Shown one piece after another: positions 39,139 through 50,456 of a stretch of 64,000 nt of DNA. Made by a program: the position numbers and the translations under genes. The notes beneath the pieces were generated by a model. The model did not search any database. It was not told the origin of the DNA and saw only the letters and a list, made by a program, of their open reading frames with translations. Every line of letters begins with the position of its first letter. The first letter of the stretch is position 1. The stretch is from Lepidodermella squamata (lineage: Eukaryota > Animalia > Gastrotricha): contig JBLDXI010000004.1 in the NCBI GenBank assembly GCA_047495785.1, positions 124,001-188,000 of the forward strand, given 5' to 3'.

Positions 39139-39699
39139 AACCAAATTTGTTAGTGTAAAATGAAAAATATCTTCTTTCTTCAAATGGGTATGATTGCCAA
39201 TGTTCCCTCCGTTGCTGAACAGCCAGAATTTCTCAACTTCTAGTAATTTAATTGGAATTCTCATTATAAATAATTACAAAACGCAATAACTTTCTAATGA
39301 GTCCACTCGACGCACCATGCATCAAGCATGGATCCAATTAGTACAGTGATATAAAGTCCAAATAGCGACCAAGCATTGCTCATCTTTCCTAAAAATTTTA
39401 CTCGCTTTAGTGAATAAAATTTTTCATAATTATTTATTAATATTATTTTTAATTTTTATTTAATTTTTAAGCTGTCTGTCTCGTTGCCAATTATTTGTAC
39501 GTAATTACCTCCTCTGTTCCGAACTGTCGCAATCTGTCACTTTCGCCTAATTCTCTACATTTTTTCTAGTCTCAGCCATTTTATTATCTCTTAATCACGT
39601 TTTTGCCTACATCTTCGTTAATTTTCAGCCCATTTATTTCCCCCATTATTTTTTGTAATTTCTCTGGCTCTTTTGTCTAGTTTTTTCATTTAAAACAAT

Positions 39700-42600
39700 A
39701 TGGATCCTAGCGAAACAGAATCGGAGCCTACTACTAATGAACAGGTAATTTCAAGGATATATTTATTGATTAATTTAGAAATTTGGGTATTTATAGCAAT
39801 CTGCAGCGGTGAAGCCGAAGCGAGGCCGACCATCCAAACGACGACAAGTATCTAATGCTAAGAGTAATCGTTAGCTGTAAATGCTATGACTTTTTTTCCT
39901 ACAGACGACACACGAATCATCAAAACGCCGCAACACTATTGCCTCTTCGCAACCTTCGGTGAATGAACCTACGAATCGGGTGAGATTTCAGGAACATAAC
40001 ATCGGTTTTAAATTGGCCGATTTTTCTTGTTTTTTAGCCGCCGAAAGAATATGCCGACCTGTCAGCTTCCGGTCAGTGCAGGCGAAGAGCTGCCACGTTC
40101 TCTGACTTGGAAACGACCTTGAAGAAGCGATCCGTCCCAGGAGCAACCATAGCCTTGAACTTGCCGTTGAAAGGCGTTATGAAACCCTATGTGCGCACTT
40201 TCGGCAACGCATTAGGCTCAAAGTCTCCTCAAGCTTGTCAAGAGTTTGTTGTTTTTCTGCTCATTTCATTATACCATAATGTTTGGTTGATTTTCCCGAG
40301 TGAAGCAAGCGTTAAAAATATCTAGCATTTCTCGGAATTGTATACGAATCATATCAATGAATTAATTTAGGTCTGGCATTGGATTACATTCGGGCATGCG
40401 AATCCATGCCTAATCATAAATTAACTATGATGCTTCCGATTTTTCTAGGGTGATTTATTTTTTTTTTTATTTCCTGCTTATTTTGCACGATTTGAAAAAA
40501 ATTTCCTTTTTAATTTTATTTTTTCGCCAGATTTTTCGCCAAGTTCATACAAATCGGGGTTCCTCTGTAATTATTTCAGTTTTTGAAGACAACTGTTTGA
40601 CCTCGAATTCACATTTATCTTATCTACTTTCCTCTACCACATTACCTATTTATGTACTAAATATCTTTATTTGTTATTTCAATTTAGTATGGCGTATTTC
40701 CAAACTGCGAACAAAATATCGAGTCGGACTACAGAAAGCCTGCTTCCCAAGTTCCCCATCAATCGAGCCACCTTTAGGCAGGAGAGGAGAGGTCTGGCTG
40801 AGTCATTACCGCTACATCTAATCCAGCCTTACCCTGTAAGTTTATTTAATTAAAATCCCGCGCACAGGAAAATAATCCCAAAAGTTGCGCTACTATTTTT
40901 AATTTGGCAACTTTTTGTTGGAAATTCAAATATTTTTTTTAAATTGTACCTACCGACAGAAAAGTCCGACTTTTATCTGATTTATCCGATTTAACCGAAT
41001 AAATTAGAAATTTACCAGAGAAAACCCGGAAAATCCCGATGGTAACTGGTTCGGTAATTTTCGGTAGTTTACCCCGTTGGACAAAATTCTCTAGACTTTT
41101 ATGATCCTTTTAACAACTGGCATACTTGATTACCATTGTAGTAATTTTTTAATTTTTCTAAATATTTTTTGGCCGTTAGATGTGAATTGGTCTCTCATTT
41201 TACAGTTATTTATGTGTATTTCCCTTTCCTGTGTATTTTCTTTGCTTGCGTTACTTATTGGACACGCTGCATTTATTGGGACAGCAAATTGCGGCTTTTC
41301 TTCTTCTGATAGATAAAAGCTGGCGATATTTCAATTATGTCTTAATTATTTTATTGGAAATTTTTTATTTACAACTTTTCATTCAATGTTTTAACTAAGG
41401 CATGGTATTTGAATTTCAAAGAATAAGAAGGAATGAATTCTAATGTTTGCGGCAAGTTAACAGAGCTGGCTAGCATGCTGGCAAGATGGTTGGCAAATTT
41501 TATGTACTCAGTTATCCGAAAAGTAGTATTTCGAGAGTTAGAGCACCAGTTGTCGTTTGACCTCAATGACCTTGCCACATCCCGAATTCCTTACTCAGCT
41601 CAGTTTTGCGATAGAAATTCATGAAACCTGCGGCTTCTTGAATGATTTTATTGATCAGCGGGCGGGCGGGTGGATAGTAGTAGTTTTCCACTCCGACGAC
41701 CTCCGTACCAAACGAGTGGTTGCTGTGTCGTGATAAAATCCAAAGGCCAAGTATCTCGGCTGGTCTCGCCTATTCGTCTGCGTTTCGCTTCCAGGCAGTC
41801 GTTCATAGATTTCGGCTTGGATTTCGTTTAAGTTCAAAGCTCGATTTTCGGCTTGGATGGGGACTTCGTTCGTGTTATTGTTGGGAATACAGACGGCCAG
41901 ATTTGAAGCAGCTCAAAATATGAGTCCTACGGCGAGCCTTGTCGAAAATTTAACTTCAAACCCTGTCACAATAACTCTGTTTGTTTAGTTTGTTCGGGTT
42001 AATTTACTATATATTGTTAAACATGCTGTCAATCTCGATGACTGAATTTGCGTGGCGTGTCGAACACGGCATCTCCCTTGAGAACGAAGATTTTGAACAA
42101 ATTCGCGACTTATTTCTCTACGGCCCGTCCAGCTTCATCGATGAAAGATACCTGTTGCCACATCAAACAGGGTTTCTACAATTTGCCTTTAAATTCATCG
42201 ATGAAGATGACGAGGTACGCGACGACGGGTCAAGTCTCGTCCGCGCAATTTTCTCTGTGAGCGGTGCCCAAGCTGCCATCCCAGCAACTGACCGTCGGCA
42301 CGGGCTTATCCTGGCTATGATTGAATTTTGCAAACCTGACATCAGTTTGGAGGAAAAATTAGTACTATTTCATTTCTTCATCAAGAGGTTTGCTCAATGC
42401 GGCTGTCGAGTGGAGGAGAGCGCATTTCAAAGCCATGACTCGTCCTTAATACTGAACAATCCCCTTCTCAGGCCTTTTATATTAGAAATTGCCAACAACT
42501 ATGGCGGTATATTATTGAAGCGGCCTATGTTATCGTTAATGTCTATCGCACGCCGAGTTGTGTTAAACCGATTACGGCTGGGGCTGGATCAGCGCTCAGA

Positions 42601-45600
42601 AGACATATCTGCCTTAGAATTACCGGAATGCTTGATGCGCTACTTACAGTATAATGACCTTTAATTACATAAATATTGAAGAGAGAAGTGTTGTAGAAGA
42701 ATAAAAAGACAAATGAGCCGTCATTTAACCTTGTGTAATTGCTGAGAAATTATATCATATTTTAATGAAACTATACCCGTGATCGGGAATAGCATTTAGA
42801 CAGCGTGTTTATTTGAGGATCTATTGGGTGTTTAAAATTGTGGTTTTGGAGTTCAATTTTGGGACTGAATACCTTTTTTCTTGCGATTTCGAGCAAATTT
42901 AAGAATTTCTCGTTTGGTGTTTAAAAATTAAATTGTTAAACTGCCTAAAAACACGGATTTAGAAATCATTTTTTTTCCAATTTTTAGAGAACGAAGGAGG
43001 TTGATGGCAAACAGGTGATGATCAAGAATAATCAAACGGGTGGGTGTTGTCGCGACTTCATTGACGTCCTGTATGTCTTGGTTGGGCTACATTCGTTGCA
43101 ATCACATCACCCTCACGAGCTGCGTCTCTGTTTCGACAACACGCCAGCAAGACAACAAGGCCAGCCGATGGAGCGCATGAACGTCACCCTCGTGGAAAAG
43201 AAAACCAGTCCCACCACTAGTGACGAAGTGGCAATTGGTTTATTTTTGGACGAGGAAGGCCGTGGAGAACTAGCGCACTATTACGGAAAAGTCTTCGAAC
43301 AGGTTTAATTTATTATTCGAATCGATTAATGGACCAAATATATTAAAAAGAATTCGCGCCTGAATTTGAATCCCCGACGGCCGACCTGTTTTTTTCAAGC
43401 AAGTGGTCGCAGAACCTTTTAGCGTGGATCTCATATTTCTCCGATTTTTTAAATTTGACAAATTTCAGAACTAATTATTTTTTCGCATTGGAAAATATTT
43501 TAATCATTTTTAATTAGAAATTCTGTCCGAAATTATAAAATCGGAGTTTTTTGTGGAATATTTTGCTGAGTTGCTGAGGGTTGCGAGAATTGAAATGGCT
43601 CTGGTTATTCAGTTGACCGTTAAGCCTCGCATCGAGCGCGGTTCATTTCGCCTCACTTCCATGCAAAAATTACCAACTGTTTCTTTCCAATAATTTTTCC
43701 AATAATTCAGAAATGTCCTCTAACCCCACTGACTTTTCCATCTTCCTTTCTTTTTTTTCATCTATGTAAACCCGCCATTTAATTCCATGAAAAAATTCTG
43801 ATTTTCTAATGCTCGAATTTCCCGTTTAAATCAAAATAGATTTGCCTCTACTATTGAGCTATTTTCAAATAATAATCCATGTATTTTTTTCAAGAATTTT
43901 ACCAATCAATATACCTGAGAATTTATTGTAATATTTTTTATATTTGTTTAAAGATCATCGCGGTTGATGAGAACGGCGTGAAAATCTGGGGCGAAACGTT
44001 TCACTTTCGATTTCTACTATGTGTGGATGTCATGGCTGCCATTGTACTCCTTGGTGCTGGGTCACCTGTGGGCGACTACATCTGCCCCATATGCGTGAAA
44101 CGAGCCGATGACCCTACTCCTGGGCGGCGAGAATACCGTAACTATCGCGATTTGTCAAATCTGAGGAAGTTGATCGGCTTCACCGTGGCTGGGCGCACGC
44201 CCGCAGGGAAAAAGTCGACAAAAAAAGCAATTGTCGACGTCAATGCGCAAGGCCTCGGCCACACTGAACTGCCGCTGCTCCCCATTGAGGCTGCCAATAT
44301 CATCCCAGACTCGCTCCATTTCAACGCTAGATACTCCGAGACGCTGATAAAAGTGGTAAAATAGTTCTCTCTTTGTGTAATACTTTGTTTTTCGTTTGCT
44401 AAATTGCTTTGATAAGGCTATGAATTTATCACTTTCTCTCGCCATTTATAGCCAGTGTGGCAGATGAATTACTGAATGAATTCCCGAAAAACGGTATTTC
44501 GCCCTCTTTAATTGAAATTCATGAGATATTATTTCATTGAGATAGGAATATCGTTGAAAAATTCTAGGTTATTTTCATTATTTGTATTCACCCTTATTAT
44601 TTTTCACAAGCCCTGCTATCAGCGGAACCAAATTGCCGCCTGATAATTGACCTCAAGCTGAATTAAATTGCGACCAATTATGTTGCTTGAAGTTATTGTG
44701 TTATTTTCAGAATTTTTCAAAATAATGTGTTTGAATCTTTTGGTTCCGGGTAAATTTTTACGTTGGACTCTTAGTTACACATAAATTTGGGTCCCTAAAA
44801 TTATTCCATTTTTTCAACAAATTTTTTTTTAATATTATTATAATTAGTGATTTCCGCTATTTAACTCTTTTCCCAGACAATTACCATCCTGTATGACGGC
44901 AATCTGATGGACACGGCGAAGACCATTATGGAAACGCTCAGTGGTGTTACGAAAAACGCCGTGAAAATTAAAGTGACGGCCAAAGGCGCGCAATTCACGT
45001 CTTGCAGCGTTGACATTGTCATGCCCACTCACGACGATGCCGCTAATGCCTTTCTCCTTAGCCATTACCTTATCATCACGGAGCCGAGACCTCTGCTGAC
45101 CAGGGCCCAAGTTGTCCGAGCACATTTCAGCAAATGCGACACATCGATCCTCAGACGTCAGTACACACAAATCATGAAGACCTCGAAGAAATCTGTGGCT
45201 GCGATTCAAAATGTGGCGAAAGCAACAAGCGACCAATTTGTCGAGAAATTCGTCGAATTCGATGCTGCTGGTGTTGCTTATGAAGATAGGAAGGAAGTTG
45301 AAAAGCGCGTGACAGATCTGCATACCTTGGATGAAATTACGCGAGTTTTCCGGTCGATACTGCGCTTTTTTAAAAATAAGAGATCTGTTCCAAGGCCGCG
45401 TGAGGAAGAGTTCCACAAACTGGAGGACCTTATGTTCACCCTGAAGCAGCGGCACACTACCTACAGTCACTGTAAATTAACGGCTTTCTTGTTTATCTTT
45501 GCGATTGATTTTTTATTTAACTTTATTACAGATGCCGGGTCCCATTTCTTCGACGCCACTGAAAAGTGGGACATTCTCGCCCTTAACACAGTCGCCATCG

Positions 45601-45806
45601 AGCGTGGGCACAAATCGGCGAAGACTGAGCGCGACAACACAACCTGTCCCACGAGCGGCTGCAGTGTGGCCAAGCAACTCATGGAAAAGGAGAACATCAG
45701 ACTTCATGAAGTTATTCATACGGCCGGGATGGACATCGAATGGCGTTTTGACGACGATTCCAGTTGTAATGTCAGACGGCCATTTCTCGTTGGCATCAAT
45801 CAGTGA
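39700..45806 (+). mobile_element. Intron-rich Transib/RAG1/Chapaev-type DDE transposase gene (possibly decaying)
   Basis: In-phase exons 39700-39744, 39797-39847, 39905-39979, 40038-40243, 40688-40835, 42988-43302, 43954-44355, [44356-44876 unresolved], 44877-45471 and 45532-45806. Motifs: AT-hook KRGRP; PKEYADLSASGQCRRR (NBD-like); LCFD; LCVD; YICPIC; PLLPI..IIPDSLH; spliced YSHYAGSH (HxxxxH); AIERGHK. Confidence 0.75.
42023..42664 (+). CDS. SOCS-box protein, intronless, nested in a transposase intron
   Basis: C-terminal PMLSLMSIARRVVLNRL...ISALELPECLMRYLQY is a canonical BC-box plus cullin-box. AATAAA at ~42699. Confidence 0.8.
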   Translation: MLSISMTEFAWRVEHGISLENEDFEQIRDLFLYGPSSFIDERYLLPHQTGFLQFAFKFIDEDDEVRDDGSSLVRAIFSVSGAQAAIPATDRRHGLILAMIEFCKPDISLEEKLVLFHFFIKRFAQCGCRVEESAFQSHDSSLILNNPLLRPFILEIANNYGGILLKRPMLSLMSIARRVVLNRLRLGLDQRSEDISALELPECLMRYLQYNDL

Positions 45807-47609
45807 CCTAACGGTAATTATTTCCTCTGTCTTTCTGCCTCTTGACCTTTCAAATATTAAATATTGAATTTATTTTCAATTTTATTTATTTATTTTTTTA
45901 ATTTGAAAATTTTCCCAGTTTTCAAAAATTTTGGAATTACCTTGATTTTTTATTTTTTATTTTCAAAATCTGATATACATGATTCACAAGACATTCTTCT
46001 GGCGGGTCGAGAAAATATCCAATTTTCAATAATCAGTTTCTCCTAATAATTTGGGGATTTTTTATTTCTATTCAGTATTAATTGAAATTTAGCCAATGAA
46101 CCCCGATCTTGTTTTCCTCGTTTGCCTCGTTGTTTTTCCTACCCTTTGGGATGAATTAGTCAAATATTAAGTCGTAATCATTTTCTGGCCATTGTCTCAT
46201 CACGTGGAAATTGGCTGCCAGCTAGGCACGTCTCTACATCGCGATTTCACTCGATTTCACCCCGTTGGGTCATATTTTAACCCAGAGCTTTTAGATATTT
46301 CAACACGTTAAATTTCTTCAATTTAACGTAAAATTGCTTGTTTGACGGCGCGAGTTTGTCGGCTCATTTTGCGGTTGAAGTCGCCAATCTCAGACTTTCT
46401 TTCATGCGGAAAGTCGGAAAGTTATCGCAACATTTTCGCGGATGGGGGCGAATTTAGGGATGATGGCTAGCTTGATGGTTAGCTCAGGGTACGAATGTTT
46501 TTGACAGTCCGACAGGTCCGTCCGAAGAATTTCGAAAATCGCATTGAATCCTCGTTTTTTCGTGACCCTTAACACTTGCTGATCCAGACTTTCCGCTAAT
46601 TGGTCAATAGCTTTTTTCAATTTTAATATATCCAAAATAGATTGGGGCCGCTTTGAATGGGCATTTGTTCTACAAAAATCGCAGTTTTTCAGCTCAACTT
46701 TGAGGAGTGTCCATAATTTCCTACTTTGGAACCCTGTTTAGGAATTATGAAGGAAGTTTTAGACTTTGAGGAGAGTCATTATATTTTCGACGTTTAAGTC
46801 CAGTTTGAATAATGCGAAATGTTATCATCGATTTTCAAGCCTGTTCTCCTGAAAAAGGGCTTTTTCAGCGTTTCCTCGAATTTTCCGGTGATTTCAGTCT
46901 GCATCTCGACCAATTATGAACGTCTCAATGAGCAAGGAGTCTAATTTTAGTCTGGTTGTAGTATTTCGATCAGTGTGAAGCATGAAGCTTGAACGAATTC
47001 AAGCAGAATTTTCAAGCCCCTATATTTGCGAGACTTTCGTTCACTTTGAAGTTTGAACCTTCCTTTACTCTGGACAATTATATTATGGGAGTTAAATTAG
47101 AAAAATCGCAGTAAAAGTCTTTCCGAAAGGATTCTCGAAATCGAAAAATTATTGAAAATTTATTTGTACGAAAATCGTAATATTTTTTCACTATAAATGT
47201 TAAAATTCCACCTTAATATTTCGTTAAAACAAATCGATCATTTTCCTTTTATTTCCTCATGTTAGTCCTTCCACGCGCCGAAAACGATTCCATTAGCTGC
47301 AATATTCGATCCAATTCCTCAACTTCAACAAACGCTGTCTATGCCTAGCTCTGAAACTCAGTCGCCGAATCTCATCAGCCCAATCGATCGCAGTCAACGT
47401 TCATGCGTGTTTCATCGACTGCCTTTGTCAATGGCGATTATGTCAGGCCAGTATTGTCCTCTCGTGTTCTCGTACAACTTGTCATCCTTCCAAACTCGCG
47501 ATCTTGATTGCCTGCTTTTTAAAATAAGATGCTATCTATTTTCACGATTGATCGCAATAATTGCCTTTTTTCGAGCATTTTATTACGGCTTTTCAAATTC
47601 GAGTGATGC

Positions 47610-47730
47610 CTTCTACAGTACGCGTGACAGATACGGAAAACTCGCGTAATTTCATCCGAGGTATGCAGATCTGTCACGGGTTTTTCCAACTTCTTTCCTA
47701 TCTTCATAAGCAACGCATTTGTTGATTTCG
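47610..47730 (-). repeat. Inverted degenerate fragment of the transposase exon at ~45275-45360
   Basis: The reverse complement reads cttatgaagataggaaagaagttgg...gtgacagatctgcatacctcggatgaaattacgcgagttttcc, matching 45277-45352. Confidence 0.85.
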
Positions 47731-49014
47731 CCCCGTTTACACTGGCAGAGGATTGATTTGTTTGAACTATTGACGTTAGATGACCTAGCTGGCGCATTAA
47801 CCGAAGTAACCGAAGTATGAAGTATCTAAAATGTCTTTATCACATCTGATGAGCTTGTGTTCCTCATGAGTGACCTGTGATCAAAAGTGTTATATCAGTT
47901 TACTTTTACTTCTTTCCTCATCTCGGAATTGTTTACTCTACTTTAAAGATTACCTACTCAGTACTTCTTCGACTCTTCGCTTTCAGCTAGAAACTATTCA
48001 GCGGAGACATTGATGTCATTCAAGCTTATTTCATACCATATTGTATTACTACAACCAGCTAACAGTAATAGACTTGTTCTTTCAATCTGGACCTGTTTTT
48101 TCAGCTGCTTGTCGTCTATACCTCACCAATACTGTGAACATTTCTTGAGTTTAGTTGAGGTGAATGTCAGTAGGCCATATTATCTAATGCATTATTTATA
48201 CAATCATTATCTGTCGATTCTTTGTTCGCAAAGTCAATAAATGGATGTGAACAAAACAGAACTTGTAATCATTTCTTTTTCACCATCTTCAATGATGCAA
48301 TGCAACTACGGATGATAATGGAAGGGATAATTTGTTTACTCTTGAGTAACAATACCGCATGTTTCACAGATACTTGTTTCACAGAAGTTTTAAGATTGAG
48401 GAAGGCATATTGAGGCGTGCTGAACTTGGCTGGCTGTTTAAACAATTTGAGGATGCTCAGGAGTAGGATCGTACACCTCTAACACGGATAAATCGGCCGA
48501 TAACGAACAGGAAACGTACAAGTCCAGTTTAATCAACCTCAGGTTAGCCACTCTCACGCCTCAGCACGAGCAAGCGCGAGGCGACGCGAGACTACAACAG
48601 CTGATAAACAATTCCAATCGCCATAGAAACTCTAAATTTAATTATTTTCTTTATGAAATTAATAATAACTTTCATTAAATAATTTATTTACAACAAATAA
48701 TTAAGAAATAATTGATTTTGCCGCAGAATCCCGTTCCGCTTGGTTGAAAACGGCCACGCAAAGTTGGCGTCACTATGATAAAATTCGCTTTTAATAAAAT
48801 TATTAGAACAGGCGGCGCGGGTATAGCCCATGCGCTATTACTCCACTCATTGATTTTTCCAAAGCTCTAATCCCAACTCTGAGCATGAAGCTATTCGTTG
48901 CGCCAATAGCTACAATAATATCAATAGTGGCATTGAGCTATGATGCTCAAACTTTGCCTACCCACGTAAACAGCCACTTGCAGAAGAATGGACGCAAAAA
49001 CATTGGCGTTACCT

Positions 49015-49320
49015 TAAACAGCCTCTCATCGACGAATTTTGTGACATTTGACATGCCATTCCTTGCGAACCCTGTGGATAGACTTTTTGCGCGACCGACC
49101 AGCCTGGTAGACCAGCTCTTGGGCTTTCTAACGATATCAAGAAATCGAAAATCCATCCACGGAACTCTTAGAGGGAGGGTCCCAAAGATGACCCGTTTGC
49201 TGCCGAAAACAGCCTCGAATTTTGTGACATTTGACATGCCATTCCTTGCGAACCCCGTGGATAGATTTTTTGCGCGACCAAACAGCCATGTAGAGGACAT
49301 CTTTGGCTGTCTTGTGATAT
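49015..49320. repeat. Direct repeat, 183-bp period, 2 copies
   Basis: cgaattttgtgacatttgacatgccattccttgcgaaccc..gtggataga..tttttgcgcgacc at 49033 and 49216. Confidence 0.9.
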
Positions 49321-50456
49321 GAAGAATGCAATTGTCACCCTCGGTCTTTCGGAGATGCAGTAGCTTAAAGTCTGGAAAACGTACATTTTTCACTTTTTCT
49401 TGGGTTTTCGGAAGATCATGAAAATTCCAGCCGTGAGTTTTTTGTTTTATGCTTTATGCGAGTTATTCGCGTGATCCGGAAGCATGGTACCTTCTTCCAT
49501 TGATGAATTCTTCCCTTGTTGTGAAAGACGCCAGGCGCAATCCAGCGACTTCACATCTCGCAGCGGCAACTGTAATGTTTCTAACTGCGGATTCAAGGCG
49601 GACAATTACGAAGTCGGGCAATCATTATTCCAAATTCGATTGTCAATTTTTGAATTTTGAATTCCATCAGTGCGATACACATTTGAAAATATCGAAAAAA
49701 CTAACTATGTCAACAGCACAGGTGTAGAAGTATACCCAGAATAGCTTATCTAAGATCAGATAATCAATTGACATTAAACTTTCCAGTAACTAAAAGCCAG
49801 CACGTCTGACACTGCGAATCTGACACAGCGTAGATAGTTTGACGGCACTTGTGCCGAATGGGTGCCGAGTTTGGGTCCCGGTGCCGCTGTTTCATTTTTC
49901 ACTTTCAGTTGCACCCTCTCCTGCTGGATACAAGCTGGATACTTACAGCCGAAAGTCGTGCTGGATACAATTGGAACTTTTGTGAGATATTTTTGCTGAT
50001 ATGGGGTTAAACGTTAATCTCAATTCATGCATGCAGCAATGTGTCATTGCATTATTTTCCTGGTGCATTAGTATACTCAGACCCAGCTAGCTGAAATGAC
50101 TAGTCAATTTGGCAACAACTGCAAAAAAACCTTGTCCATCTCTGGCAGCGGAGGAATTCAAGATCGCCCCCTGCTCAGACCAGACAACTTCGTTTCTTCG
50201 TTCGTTTTTCCAAGTAGCTGAGTCACTGAGTAGCTGGGCAATATGGAAATAAATGGCATCATAAATATTTAGCAAGGAGTGACTTTTTTACAGCAGATGC
50301 TGTTTATCAACATTTTTGAATGAGTGGAAATTGCGATGTTGAGCACGCGCTGTATACGACACGCGAACGCATGTGACCACAAAACATAAAAACATGCCAT
50401 TCACATCAATCTCACAAAATTTCAAACAGAATTTAGCGCGCCGTTCGTCAAATCAC

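Noticed and set aside
44844-45470. 208-aa minus-strand ORF
   Set aside because: It is the antisense shadow of the transposase exon. The same applies to the antisense ORFs over the kleisin and Sola-like genes.
48771-48777. CACTATG as a ProtoRAG-type terminus of the large block
   Set aside because: It has the wrong orientation for a right end, and no matching partner or TSD was found.
48885-49393. ORFs of 145-148 aa on both strands
   Set aside because: They arise from the 183-bp direct repeat and have no domain or splice support.
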